Under the pieces are notes generated by a model that saw only the letters and a list, made by a program, of their open reading frames with translations, searched no databases and was not told the origin of the DNA. Shown here in pieces: positions 1 through 10,241 of a stretch of 64,000 nucleotides of DNA. The position numbers were made by a program, and so were the translations under genes. The number at the start of each line of letters is the position of its first letter. Position 1 is the first letter of the stretch. The stretch lies in the IMG/VR virus record IMGVR_UViG_3300037245_003208; one strand, written 5' to 3'. Source of the DNA: an uncultured virus (IMG/VR IMGVR_UViG_3300037245_003208) (taxonomy: Duplodnaviria; Heunggongvirae; Uroviricota; Caudoviricetes).

Positions 1-613
1 AAATAGCATCTAAATTCTCACCATCTGTTGCAACATCTCTGCCATCTATGTAACCAATTGTTGTTAAATTTCCTGTTATGTCCAATCCTGCGTTTGCTGT
101 AAGTAATTCTCCAACAGTCAATCTGTGAGTCATAGATATGTCGCCAGCAGCAGCAATAGTCATGCGAGTAGTGTTATCTGTGCCAAATAGTAAATCTTTA
201 GCATCCTTATGAACTACTACTCCTTGTTCTACGGAATTAAGTCCAACATATAGACCATTTACAGAATCGCTATTTCTCCAGTAGGTAAAGCATGCCCCAC
301 TATCAGGGCGCTCAAAAATTGCTTGAGCAGACGAAGGGCCATGCGTATGCAAGTAGGCTAAAGGAGCATCAGTACCGACACCAATAAAATCAAACAAACC
401 TCTAAATGTGATATTATCCCATGAAGCTCCATTGTATTTCTGCCACTGGTTTACAATGCCAGTAACAATGCGTCTACGAACAGTGTCAATGGGAATATTA
501 TTTCCAGAAGTGTGCAGCATTTTCAAAGAAGCTTGCATATTATCAACAATATATGATCTAAATGTTGTTGTAGATGTTTCTGTGCCGTTGGGTCTGTTAA
601 AATCTATTGCCAT
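1..613 (-). CDS. Tail fibre/receptor-binding protein, 5' part (runs off the window start)
   Basis: Hand-translated ORF absent from the track. ATG at 613 after an AAGGA RBS: MAIDFNRPNG...FIGVGTDAPLAYLH...DLLFGTDNTTRMTIAAAG...YIDGRDVATDG, typical fibre-shaft motifs. Directly follows the tail-tip gene. Confidence 0.75.
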   Translation of the reverse strand, partial: MAIDFNRPNGTETSTTTFRSYIVDNMQASLKMLHTSGNNIPIDTVRRRIVTGIVNQWQKYNGASWDNITFRGLFDFIGVGTDAPLAYLHTHGPSSAQAIFERPDSGACFTYWRNSDSVNGLYVGLNSVEQGVVVHKDAKDLLFGTDNTTRMTIAAAGDISMTHRLTVGELLTANAGLDITGNLTTIGYIDGRDVATDGENLDAI

Positions 614-624
614 TTTTTAATTCC

Positions 625-3600
625 TTATTGATATCCAACTACCCTGTACGAAAACTTCTGCTCTGTTAATAATGGTTTTCCCTCAATATCCCATGCACGT
701 ATTCTGCATCCTTCTGGATTAGCCTCATCCCATTCTTGAGCATTTAAAACAACTGGTACAGTTCCTATGGCTTCAGGGCCTACTGAAATTACCTCAACAA
801 AATCTTTAGCAAATTCAATGTATTTTCCAACGCCCTGCTCATATAAAGCAAAATCTTGATCACTTGTCAAGGGGATTGAGTAAAGCCTCACATCGTCCAG
901 TTTTCCATCTCCAGTATAGCTGCTTGAACTGCCTCTTCCACCAATTGCTGGAAATATCCCATTTGAACTAATGCCACCTGATGCAAGTGTTTGAGCAACT
1001 CCATTAATATAAATTATTAAATTATAGGCATTATCCAAAACTGCTACTATGTGATAAAATTTACCATGTTCTAATGGAGTGAGAGCGTATTCAGAAGTGC
1101 CATTCACTCTTACATTTACGTAAGGATTTGCACCGTCCTGCCCTAAAATTGCTAATTGGAAATTATCCCCACCACTGTCTAACATCGTAAAATAGCGTGG
1201 ATCTGCATCAGATGGAAATTCATTAATAAGTAACCACATGGAAACAGTCATACCTGCAGAAATATCTACAAGATTAGTTGGAATGGTAGCATATTGATCA
1301 TTTGAGCTGTCTAATGTTAAATCCTTATAATTGACTAAGCCGCCATCTGTGAATGCAGAACCAGTTGCATTCACCAATGTTCCATCATTGTTATTCCCAC
1401 TAAAATCTTCCACAGTTGTTGAATCATCATCTAATTTCCACCACCCAACTAAATCATCTTGAGGAACAGCAGCTAAAATTCCATTTCCTGATTCTTCAAC
1501 TTTGTGCGAAGCCAAAGTCAATGTATTGTTTTTAAGTAACGCCAACCTATCATCTGATTCAGGAGTGAATTTTATTTTACTTTGGATATATCTAAAAGTA
1601 AAATACATGAATGCTGTAATATTGTCACCATCAACGTCAAAAAATTCAGCAGTTTCTCTAACACCTTGAAGATGTGTGGTTAAGCTAACTACTCCACCAA
1701 TGGCTGCCTTAGTAACAGCAATTGAAACCGTTGAAGAATCTAAAAATGAATCTTCCTCGCTCCCATCATTTTCAATTCTTTCACCGTCAGCTTCATCTGA
1801 ATTAAATTCAAAATAATCAAATTCTTCTTTTGAATATGACTCAACAGATGGCATGTAAATTGAATTATGAGGAACATCATCAAAAGTAGCAGCAGCTCCC
1901 CACCACTCATCAAAAGACATGTCCAGATTAACCCCCATAATTAATTCAACATCTTCAGTAATCACAGCATTACTATATTCTATTCTGTAACGTTCCCAGT
2001 AAGCATATCCATACAAGGTAGCAGGTTCGTCGTACCCTGTTCCTGAAGTATGTGGACTTACACAAATAAACGTTCCAATGTCTAATTTTCGCATGTTATT
2101 TGTGTAAGCATTTTCACTAACATCACCACTGAATAAATACATTATTTTATCTTTAACGCAGGAACTTATAAAATACGCTCCTGCACCATCTGAAAGTATC
2201 TGCTCCCAATCATGGGTTAACATATCAAATATCCACAGATCATCAAAGTGATCTGTTGCATTTGTGTGTCCACCAAACATAATTATTTTATTATTAATAA
2301 GTTCTGCAGATGGGTATCTGCGCCCATCAAATGGACTGGCACTGGATTGCAGTGTCCAAACATCTGTTGACATGTTATACGCATAAACAGCATTAAGAGG
2401 AATAGAAGCATCTTGTCCACAAACACAGTACACGTATTTATCCTTATATGTTACGAATCCAAATCCATATAAAGGAGCACAATCAGTTTTCTGTGTCCAA
2501 GTTGAAGTAGCAATTGCATATTCCCAAATCACATTTAAAGTTGTGGTGGTGTATCCTCCAATAATATATAATTTACCATCATATATTCCACCCCCTGCTG
2601 AACTGGTTGCATGCTGACCTGTTAACGTACTCCAAGTGTCTGTGGCAATATCATAAACTTGAAAATAGTTGCGCGTGGTTCCGTCATAACCCCCGTAATG
2701 ATATATTTTACCATTGCCATCTGGAATTAACAGACCTAAGCCAGTTGCAAAAGCACCGCTATCTAATGCTTCCCAAGCATCTGTTGCAATATCATAAGAA
2801 TAAAAATCAGATAAATAAGTCTCACCTGAATTTTGCCCACCATAGACATACATTTTTCCATTATATTCACAACTACTTGAAAGTCTTCGTGCAGTGGCTC
2901 CAGGTGTCAAGTCTTCCCAAATGCTTTGGGAAACACACTCATTTAATGGGTATTCAATATTCTCACCCCATCCTGCAGGATTATCATTTTTAACAACATT
3001 ATACCATTCTTTGTTCAGTACAAAATTTGGGTCTTGTTTCACTTCTACTGTTTTACTCACCACATTTCCTAAATTTCCCTCAACATCTACTGGTTGGATA
3101 TAGTAAGTAAACATGCCAGATAAATATTCAAAAAAATTGGTAAATGTCCCATCCTTATCACCAGTATCCACAGCAGTATCAAATGACCCCGTTTCCTCGC
3201 TTCTTTTAATTTTATAATGGCTGACAGGGAGCAATGTTTGGGCATGTTCAGCAGCTTCCCAGTCCAGCAAAATGTTGTTGTTTATTGTCTTAATATTAAA
3301 TGCAGTTATTACTTCTGGTTTATAAATATACTGCTCACTGTGTGCTGGTATTGATTCATTTGCCCCGTCTTTAGCAACCACTCCAACTTTGTAAATACTG
3401 AAACCTTCAACTGTTCGAGTAGTTAAATTCAGCTTAGCAAGGAATGTAGTTCCTGAATAATCGTCCGTAGATGGGTTTGCACCACTTAAAGTATCTAAAA
3501 CAATCATAACATCATCACGGTAAAACACTAAATCGTATGTGAGTACTGGGTATGAGGTTTTTACTGGTTTTTCCCATTCAATTATTAAGTTATCTGCAGT

Positions 3601-6600
3601 TCTTTTCACTTCCAAATTAACAGGAATATTAGGAACGGTGATACTGGCATCAGTCGATATTGAATTAGAAGACACAATATTGTTTGCATTTTGAACTTCT
3701 ATTTTATATTCGTAAGTGCCTGATTCTAATAATTCATTATGTGAAAATTTTGTATCTTTTATATTTATTCCTAATTCAACATCTTCAATGGATATTTTGA
3801 ATGACAAGGGCCAAACATCTTCTACAGAATCCCAAAATAAATTAGTTCCAATGGTTGTTAAATTGGCAGTTAAAGTTGCGGGAGCGGACAATTCGCCTAC
3901 CACAAGTTCTATTTCTGTCCATTCTGCTGAAGTCTGGTTCCATATATCCACACCTCTGACTTTGCAAGTATATGTTCCTGGGTTTAAATATTTTTTATAT
4001 GTGAAAGCATCCCCTGACACATTGACAGTTGAGAAAATTTCAGTTTCACCTTCATAAATGCTGACATCGTATAATTGCACCCATATTGTCTCAATCACGT
4101 CCCATTGTAATTCCACTCCTGCAACCACTCTTGAAACACTCACATTGGCAACGTTTGTTGGGATTTCTGGTTTTCCTAAAAATACTATGCTTGTGCCTGC
4201 ATCATTTTTCCCGCCCAGCCCAACTTGCTCCACTTTAAAATAATAAGTGACATCTAAAGTAGAAAGCAAGTCTGAGGGAACTGTGAATTTTGGAGCGTCA
4301 ACAGTTCCAGCAAGTACAAATCCTTCATCCTCTTGCTGACTTATAAATATGTTCCAACTTGAACCCAGACCACGCCATGTTAGCTCAATAAAAGCAACAC
4401 CCACGCCACTGGATAATTGCCATTTCTCAGAGGCTACTAAATTATCAATATAATTAATGTTTGCTGGAAACTCTTCGATAGTAGATACTACAAAGGCATC
4501 TGCATATGAATTTTCATCATAAGTGCATCCAGTTATTTTAAAATACAGTCCATCAGCCCTCTCAATATTGGCAATTCTAACAGGTTTTGCTGCCAAAGCT
4601 TTATCTGGAAGTCCTAAAGAATAAAGTGGTAAAGTATCTGTAGGAATTATTTCTGAATAACCCCCTTCAATCCATCCATTAATTAATTGCACAGTGGTTG
4701 TATTCACACCATCATGAATAAATTTAATATAATTTATTGTGAATACATCTGCATTAGAAATCCCCAAATTAAATTTTAATGCTGATATTAAGGCATTCCA
4801 TTCATCGTTTAACATTCTCCCAGAAGTTGCTTGAGCAGTAATGCTGGTTATATCTATTAGGAACTCTGTAGGAGTGCCCACACTGGGAGAACTTCCTAAT
4901 GGCAATGTCACAGTATTGGAAATGCCTTGCTTCCGTTCAAAGCTGAATTTGCCATCCCAGCCACTGCCTGCTGTTCGCGTAACACTTATAGCAATTTGTG
5001 GGTAATCCCCACCATCCAGAATTCCCCTATTAATGGCATCAACTAACGAATCAAAAACAAGATCGTATTCACTGGTGGACGATGTTAGAATATTGGCAGC
5101 AAAAACAGAGGAACCAAAATTTTCCCAACCGCCCCAGAAATCAGTTTTCCAATACAAATCATTCCCATCAGTTTTCTCTTCAATTGCAGGAATTGTGTAA
5201 GTTCGTAATAAATCTTGATCAAATAAAATAGTAATTATGGAATCATCTACATAAGCTTCTTGCAATCCTACAGAAATGGTGAAAAATTTACCTGACCAAC
5301 TTGTATAACCATATTCATCACCATCAATTACAATGCCACCAGTACTTGGAGTGTCAACATCTATAACTTCATTTACAGGTATGATTCTTTCAAAATTAAC
5401 AATTACAGGCGTATCTGGAGCATAAGTTTCAGTAAGGGCAGTAACTAATGTAAAAACAGCACCACTCCAGCTTGTGTAGAAATAAGCAATTTCATCATCA
5501 GTTCCTTCATTCAATGTCACACTTCCATTTGGAGGCATGTTGTCATTGATTGTATTGGCTACTTCTAATGCTAATTCACCTTCATCTGCAACTGCCACCA
5601 AATTTTCATTATTGGAAAAATTACAGGTATAAGAAGTATTAACTGAATGAGAATCAAATCTAACTTCTAATCTGTAATCTTTGGTATCGTCCAGCACAGC
5701 AATATCATCAATTATTGCTGTATGTTTGGTAACATCAATTAATCTTCCACCCGCAGTTAGATTTTCTGTTCTTGATTTACCAAAATAAACAACATCACCT
5801 ACTGAGCACCCAATTCCATCTATGGCTGTTTCCCACGTAATGGCATCCTGCACAGCATTAGTCTGATTCAGAACATGGGTAGCAAAAGCCTTTGCATGCT
5901 CTTTTGATTTCACTGTTTTTAAGACAAACTCTGCTTTGTTCAGAACAGCACCCTCTGCTAAATTAACACTGTCACGAACCAATAAACCAGTACGTTCATA
6001 ATTATTGTCAGCATCCCAGTACCACACAACTACAGCATTTGCTTTTTCTGCATCTCTTATATATGTTTTACTGTAAGACCCTTTTCTGATATTTCCGTCA
6101 GAGAACATAGTTTTTGGAATTGTGGGCCTGCTTATGTTAACACCCCATTTAGTTCCTTTTTGAATTATTAAAGCTCTGCAAGTCCTTCCAATTTCATCAA
6201 GAATGCTTCGCAGAGTGTACTGCTCATCCACGTACCATGATATTAAATATCTGTAATAATCAGGTTCAAATGCATGCGCGTTTTCATTGAGAAGAGAGCA
6301 ATGGTAAGCTAATTCATCAAATTCTTCTAAAAGTATATCACTTTCAAGAACCCCTGATTTTCGTATAAAATAAAGTGCTGCCCATGCTGGACTGTTCAAT
6401 GGGAGTTTTCCCATTGAGGCATTTAAAGTATCAAAAATTCTGGAACCCTCTAATTCTACTAAAGGCGCAGACATTGAAGAAGCAACTGCTTTGAATTTTA
6501 GTGCAAGCAAAGAACAGCCAGGATATGCAAAAGGACTATCAATTACTTCCTGAACATAATCAAAATACAGCGTTGTTTGGTACTTTGATCTGTCCTCTGC

Positions 6601-8442
6601 AGGAACGGATACATCTACTGGAGGTTCAGCATATCGCACTTTAAATGAATAAATTGAACCTTTATTCAAATTAGTGAATGTTTGTTTTTTCCTAAAAGAA
6701 TTAGTGCTTGCTTTGGTAACAGAAGTTGTTGAGGTGTCTACAGGAACACCATTTTCATACATGGTTATTTCGTAAGTTACAGTGTGGTCTATATATGCAC
6801 CATTATCATTTATTTTATACAATCCATTTGGAAATGTTAAAACAACAACAAGAGCATCCACATTTTGACTCTGAGTTTGGGATGATGAATAATCCACACC
6901 GTATTCAGCCCATTGCAAGAATTGAGGTTGTTTTTCTGCTTCACCTGCCCAGCTTAAAAATGGCCCACATTTTAATGCACTTCCCCAAAATGAAGAATCC
7001 ACAAGCGATGAAAATGGGTTTTTGTCGAGGTATCCGTAACTGGTGGAATCTATTTCGTAATTTACTTTAAATTCCCATTCACCTTCTTCTGGAAACACAA
7101 CACCTAATTCGTAATTTAAAGCACGAGTGGCGTTTATTGAAGAATAGTAACTATCATAATGCTCCCATGCAGAATCTCCCACTTTACGATAATGTACAAC
7201 AATTTTAAAACGCATTGCTGTTATGTTTTCATAAGGCGGACTCGTCCATGTCTGCCCCTCAAAAGTGTATGTTTGCTCTGTTGTTTTGCATCCAATAGTT
7301 ACAATACGGTCACGATCGCCACTCCCAGAGTGCCTGGTTATCTTGGGGTGGTACGTGATCAGTTGTCCTCCCATGGGTAAAGAAACTTCAACCTTGATAG
7401 CCCGTATTCCAGAACCAGTAGTGAACAGATAAGTGCTATCACTGTCATCAAATTCATATTTAGAAGATAAAACATTTGCATTTTTACTTCCGTCAGGAAC
7501 ATATAAAGAGGACGTTTCAGATAAATAAGTTATCTCATCATTAACATCTTTATCCAAAACACTGTTTGAAAATTGTGGAGGAATTGTCAGAACTTCATCA
7601 CTGTCAGGGTCATTATAATAAGTGTCTATAGACTGCAAAGCGTTGCCGTAGTTCTCTGCTAATATCCCATCTATCCACAAATAATTCCAAAGCTTTCCTT
7701 CTTTTTCATAAGCCCCTAATTGAATGTTATCTGTTCCTACCAAGTACAGGAGATTTAAATATTGATCTTGTGCTTCAATATCATCTGTAACTTCACTCAT
7801 TCCCAGTGATCTGTGACCACTTATCAATATAGGGGCAAATTTTGTTGTTCCCAGTAATTCAGGAATTGGAGTTCCTTCAACAGCATAATTGGTAGCTGGG
7901 CCATAACCATAATTTCGTGTTATTGGGCCCATTGTTGGGTCTGATGTGGCAACATCCTCAGTAATTGGCGTTAAAGGAAAAACAGAATCAATAATCATCG
8001 ACCCAGCCCATGTTGCTCCAACAGTTAAAGCTGTTCCTGTGGCAAATGCTGTCCAGCCACTAAGTCCCATTTCAAGACCAAAACCAAACATACTTGGCCC
8101 TGAAACAAGTTGACTTCCAGGCCCTAAAAAATAAATAGCTGCAGCGGCAATTGCTATTTTAGCCACCAAATTTAAAGTATTGTTTGGATCGCCACCTCCC
8201 ATAATAGTTAAATTGTATGCAATAAAACTCCCATGCGGCACTAAAGTATTTGGAGGTACAGGAACACCATTTAAATTATAACAAACTTCAATCCCTGCAA
8301 TAACTGGCATGTCAGAAGTGCAGTAATTGGCCACTGTTTTATGGGATTCAAAATCCACAATTTTCTCCACGGCATCAAAAGGAGTTAGTGGATTTGGAAT
8401 GAACAATAATTTAATTTTGTCTTTAGGCAGTTTTAAAAACAT
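625..8442 (-). CDS. Central tail-tip/host-specificity protein (lambda I+J-like) with FN3 repeats, Kelch propeller and LamG domain
   Basis: 2605 aa. J-like motifs (EGTPIPELLG, FPNGLY, YPGCSLLAL, ANAVVVWYWDADNNY, GCSVGDVV), FN3-like repeats, about six Kelch repeats (MYVYGG..YDIATDAW) and a LamG motif (LVGWWKLDD...GKLDDVRLY). Confidence 0.88.
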   Translation of the reverse strand: MFLKLPKDKIKLLFIPNPLTPFDAVEKIVDFESHKTVANYCTSDMPVIAGIEVCYNLNGVPVPPNTLVPHGSFIAYNLTIMGGGDPNNTLNLVAKIAIAAAAIYFLGPGSQLVSGPSMFGFGLEMGLSGWTAFATGTALTVGATWAGSMIIDSVFPLTPITEDVATSDPTMGPITRNYGYGPATNYAVEGTPIPELLGTTKFAPILISGHRSLGMSEVTDDIEAQDQYLNLLYLVGTDNIQLGAYEKEGKLWNYLWIDGILAENYGNALQSIDTYYNDPDSDEVLTIPPQFSNSVLDKDVNDEITYLSETSSLYVPDGSKNANVLSSKYEFDDSDSTYLFTTGSGIRAIKVEVSLPMGGQLITYHPKITRHSGSGDRDRIVTIGCKTTEQTYTFEGQTWTSPPYENITAMRFKIVVHYRKVGDSAWEHYDSYYSSINATRALNYELGVVFPEEGEWEFKVNYEIDSTSYGYLDKNPFSSLVDSSFWGSALKCGPFLSWAGEAEKQPQFLQWAEYGVDYSSSQTQSQNVDALVVVLTFPNGLYKINDNGAYIDHTVTYEITMYENGVPVDTSTTSVTKASTNSFRKKQTFTNLNKGSIYSFKVRYAEPPVDVSVPAEDRSKYQTTLYFDYVQEVIDSPFAYPGCSLLALKFKAVASSMSAPLVELEGSRIFDTLNASMGKLPLNSPAWAALYFIRKSGVLESDILLEEFDELAYHCSLLNENAHAFEPDYYRYLISWYVDEQYTLRSILDEIGRTCRALIIQKGTKWGVNISRPTIPKTMFSDGNIRKGSYSKTYIRDAEKANAVVVWYWDADNNYERTGLLVRDSVNLAEGAVLNKAEFVLKTVKSKEHAKAFATHVLNQTNAVQDAITWETAIDGIGCSVGDVVYFGKSRTENLTAGGRLIDVTKHTAIIDDIAVLDDTKDYRLEVRFDSHSVNTSYTCNFSNNENLVAVADEGELALEVANTINDNMPPNGSVTLNEGTDDEIAYFYTSWSGAVFTLVTALTETYAPDTPVIVNFERIIPVNEVIDVDTPSTGGIVIDGDEYGYTSWSGKFFTISVGLQEAYVDDSIITILFDQDLLRTYTIPAIEEKTDGNDLYWKTDFWGGWENFGSSVFAANILTSSTSEYDLVFDSLVDAINRGILDGGDYPQIAISVTRTAGSGWDGKFSFERKQGISNTVTLPLGSSPSVGTPTEFLIDITSITAQATSGRMLNDEWNALISALKFNLGISNADVFTINYIKFIHDGVNTTTVQLINGWIEGGYSEIIPTDTLPLYSLGLPDKALAAKPVRIANIERADGLYFKITGCTYDENSYADAFVVSTIEEFPANINYIDNLVASEKWQLSSGVGVAFIELTWRGLGSSWNIFISQQEDEGFVLAGTVDAPKFTVPSDLLSTLDVTYYFKVEQVGLGGKNDAGTSIVFLGKPEIPTNVANVSVSRVVAGVELQWDVIETIWVQLYDVSIYEGETEIFSTVNVSGDAFTYKKYLNPGTYTCKVRGVDIWNQTSAEWTEIELVVGELSAPATLTANLTTIGTNLFWDSVEDVWPLSFKISIEDVELGINIKDTKFSHNELLESGTYEYKIEVQNANNIVSSNSISTDASITVPNIPVNLEVKRTADNLIIEWEKPVKTSYPVLTYDLVFYRDDVMIVLDTLSGANPSTDDYSGTTFLAKLNLTTRTVEGFSIYKVGVVAKDGANESIPAHSEQYIYKPEVITAFNIKTINNNILLDWEAAEHAQTLLPVSHYKIKRSEETGSFDTAVDTGDKDGTFTNFFEYLSGMFTYYIQPVDVEGNLGNVVSKTVEVKQDPNFVLNKEWYNVVKNDNPAGWGENIEYPLNECVSQSIWEDLTPGATARRLSSSCEYNGKMYVYGGQNSGETYLSDFYSYDIATDAWEALDSGAFATGLGLLIPDGNGKIYHYGGYDGTTRNYFQVYDIATDTWSTLTGQHATSSAGGGIYDGKLYIIGGYTTTTLNVIWEYAIATSTWTQKTDCAPLYGFGFVTYKDKYVYCVCGQDASIPLNAVYAYNMSTDVWTLQSSASPFDGRRYPSAELINNKIIMFGGHTNATDHFDDLWIFDMLTHDWEQILSDGAGAYFISSCVKDKIMYLFSGDVSENAYTNNMRKLDIGTFICVSPHTSGTGYDEPATLYGYAYWERYRIEYSNAVITEDVELIMGVNLDMSFDEWWGAAATFDDVPHNSIYMPSVESYSKEEFDYFEFNSDEADGERIENDGSEEDSFLDSSTVSIAVTKAAIGGVVSLTTHLQGVRETAEFFDVDGDNITAFMYFTFRYIQSKIKFTPESDDRLALLKNNTLTLASHKVEESGNGILAAVPQDDLVGWWKLDDDSTTVEDFSGNNNDGTLVNATGSAFTDGGLVNYKDLTLDSSNDQYATIPTNLVDISAGMTVSMWLLINEFPSDADPRYFTMLDSGGDNFQLAILGQDGANPYVNVRVNGTSEYALTPLEHGKFYHIVAVLDNAYNLIIYINGVAQTLASGGISSNGIFPAIGGRGSSSSYTGDGKLDDVRLYSIPLTSDQDFALYEQGVGKYIEFAKDFVEVISVGPEAIGTVPVVLNAQEWDEANPEGCRIRAWDIEGKPLLTEQKFSYRVVGYQ

Positions 8443-8833
8443 AATATCCCATTATTTTTAAAAAATTAGAACTTCTGATATCTTCTCTAATTGTGCACAT
8501 TTGTGGCTTTATATGCAATATCTCATTATTTCCGATGTAAATGCCAATATGATTCACGACATTAGGAATGCTTCGTATATTATTCATAGCAATGATACAA
8601 CCAAATTCAGGCTCGTTAACAGGTTCCCATTCATCAACTTCTTTTTTAAACCCATCAGTAATGGCACTTATATTGTAACAAGAATGTCCAAATTCCTGTA
8701 TGGTTATTCCAAAAACTTCTTTATAAAACAAAGTCACAAGACCCAAACAATCGCACCCATTAAAATCTCTTCCCATGTCTTTAAACGGTATCTGTATGAA
8801 TTTCTTAAGAACATCCATGTCATATTTTACCAT
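8423..8833 (-). CDS. NlpC/P60 tail-assembly protein (gpK-like)
   Basis: GRDFNGCDCLGLV and HIGIYIGNNEILH NlpC/P60 motifs; located between the L-like and J-like genes. Confidence 0.9.
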   Translation of the reverse strand: MVKYDMDVLKKFIQIPFKDMGRDFNGCDCLGLVTLFYKEVFGITIQEFGHSCYNISAITDGFKKEVDEWEPVNEPEFGCIIAMNNIRSIPNVVNHIGIYIGNNEILHIKPQMCTIREDIRSSNFLKIMGYYVFKTA

Positions 8834-9876
8834 TGAATGAAATCTCCTATTGCTAATGCTGGGAAGCCTCCAAAATATGGAGCATTGTGTAACTTATTCC
8901 TGCATGTATCAAGTGATCTATCACATGTCAACACTTTCCAATTATCTGCATCTGTTAATGGATTTTCTGCACTGTTTAAATTAACTTTAGCCTCATACCA
9001 CTCATCATTCCACCAACAATACTCCTCTTTTGTGTAATTACCAGCAGCCCATTCCATTGCTTCCCAGGAAGCGCTCATACTTGCACGATCACTGTCAATA
9101 GAATCCTGTGGCTTAATATCAGATAATGCTCTATAAGGTTTGAAAGGGTCATTAACTGTTGGACGGTCAAATACAATTTGATATTCATAATAACCTCTGT
9201 CAGCAAACCAAATGTTTTCCCCAAATCTGCAACGTCTCCCTTTGAATTTTTCATATCTGCAAAACATTTTGTAAATATTATCTTTTAATGCCCTTTGATT
9301 GTACGGATTTTCAGCTCCCAGAGAAAAAGACATCCATGTATCGTCAGTGCCGCTGGTCATAACAGTATAGGTATGTGTTGGAACATTTCGTTCATTTAAC
9401 TCAGCATTGTGAACCACACGAATAGTAACTTTAGCATTTTTAAATCCTGCATAAGCATCCGCATAAGATTCCATATATCCATTAATGTTGCTTATTTTTA
9501 AAACGGCTGCAGGAACTTCACCTGTATTAGCCTCTCCAACCGCATCAATGTCAAATGGGAAACGAGTATACAAGTAACCATTAGTTGTGGGGTATGTTAG
9601 GTTTTCTAAATACTGGGATTGGCATACTCTGAGGATTCCTGCTTCTTCCCAATTAATAGGGTCGTTTGGTGGGTAAACTAAAGCACTGGTGTGGTCTGTT
9701 TTAGATGCATAGGAAATCCCATCATACTCAACAGTGTTGTCAATTACATAATCGTGATCAGTAATCCATGCAGTATATTTTAGCAAGGGTGCAAGGTTGA
9801 TGTCAATTAAAACAATCCATGCTCCTAAGTCTGACAGTGCATTTTTCTTGGTGCATAAAGATAATGGTAATCGCAT
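8827..9876 (-). CDS. Minor tail-tip protein (gpL-like) with inserted CBM5/12-like modules
   Basis: RFPFDI..GEVPAAVLKISN, Cys pattern C-x8-C...C-x6-C and a terminal FGGFP, as in gpL-like proteins. Confidence 0.85.
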   Translation of the reverse strand: MRLPLSLCTKKNALSDLGAWIVLIDINLAPLLKYTAWITDHDYVIDNTVEYDGISYASKTDHTSALVYPPNDPINWEEAGILRVCQSQYLENLTYPTTNGYLYTRFPFDIDAVGEANTGEVPAAVLKISNINGYMESYADAYAGFKNAKVTIRVVHNAELNERNVPTHTYTVMTSGTDDTWMSFSLGAENPYNQRALKDNIYKMFCRYEKFKGRRCRFGENIWFADRGYYEYQIVFDRPTVNDPFKPYRALSDIKPQDSIDSDRASMSASWEAMEWAAGNYTKEEYCWWNDEWYEAKVNLNSAENPLTDADNWKVLTCDRSLDTCRNKLHNAPYFGGFPALAIGDFIQW

Positions 9877-10241
9877 TATTTTTCCTCAATCTGTAATCCT
9901 TTTAAAGCAACTCCATGGTTGCTTATAAATTGTTCTTCTGGAAGTTCCTCAGCAGAAAACATCACTGTATAATCATTGTAAATAGAACCTCCTGATGTAG
10001 TGGGGAAGAAATCTGTGTAACTGAAACTGCCCCCTATATTAGCATCAAAAAAAGCAACTAACGTGTTGTATTCTTCAATAGTCAAAAAAGCCCAACCAAG
10101 TGACCATATATACCTACCACGAGCACCTGCTTTTCGTGAATAGACATAACCCTTTTCAAAATTATCTCTAATCTGGCCTTTAATTCTTTGGCGTGTGGAC
10201 AAATCCCAGTCAGGTTTTTTAATAACATCAAAATCAGACAT
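9876..10241 (-). CDS. Distal tail protein (gpM-like)
   Basis: 121 aa directly after the tape measure; FEKGYVYSR..WSLGW..LVAFFD..GGSFSY pattern. Confidence 0.75.
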   Translation of the reverse strand: MSDFDVIKKPDWDLSTRQRIKGQIRDNFEKGYVYSRKAGARGRYIWSLGWAFLTIEEYNTLVAFFDANIGGSFSYTDFFPTTSGGSIYNDYTVMFSAEELPEEQFISNHGVALKGLQIEEK

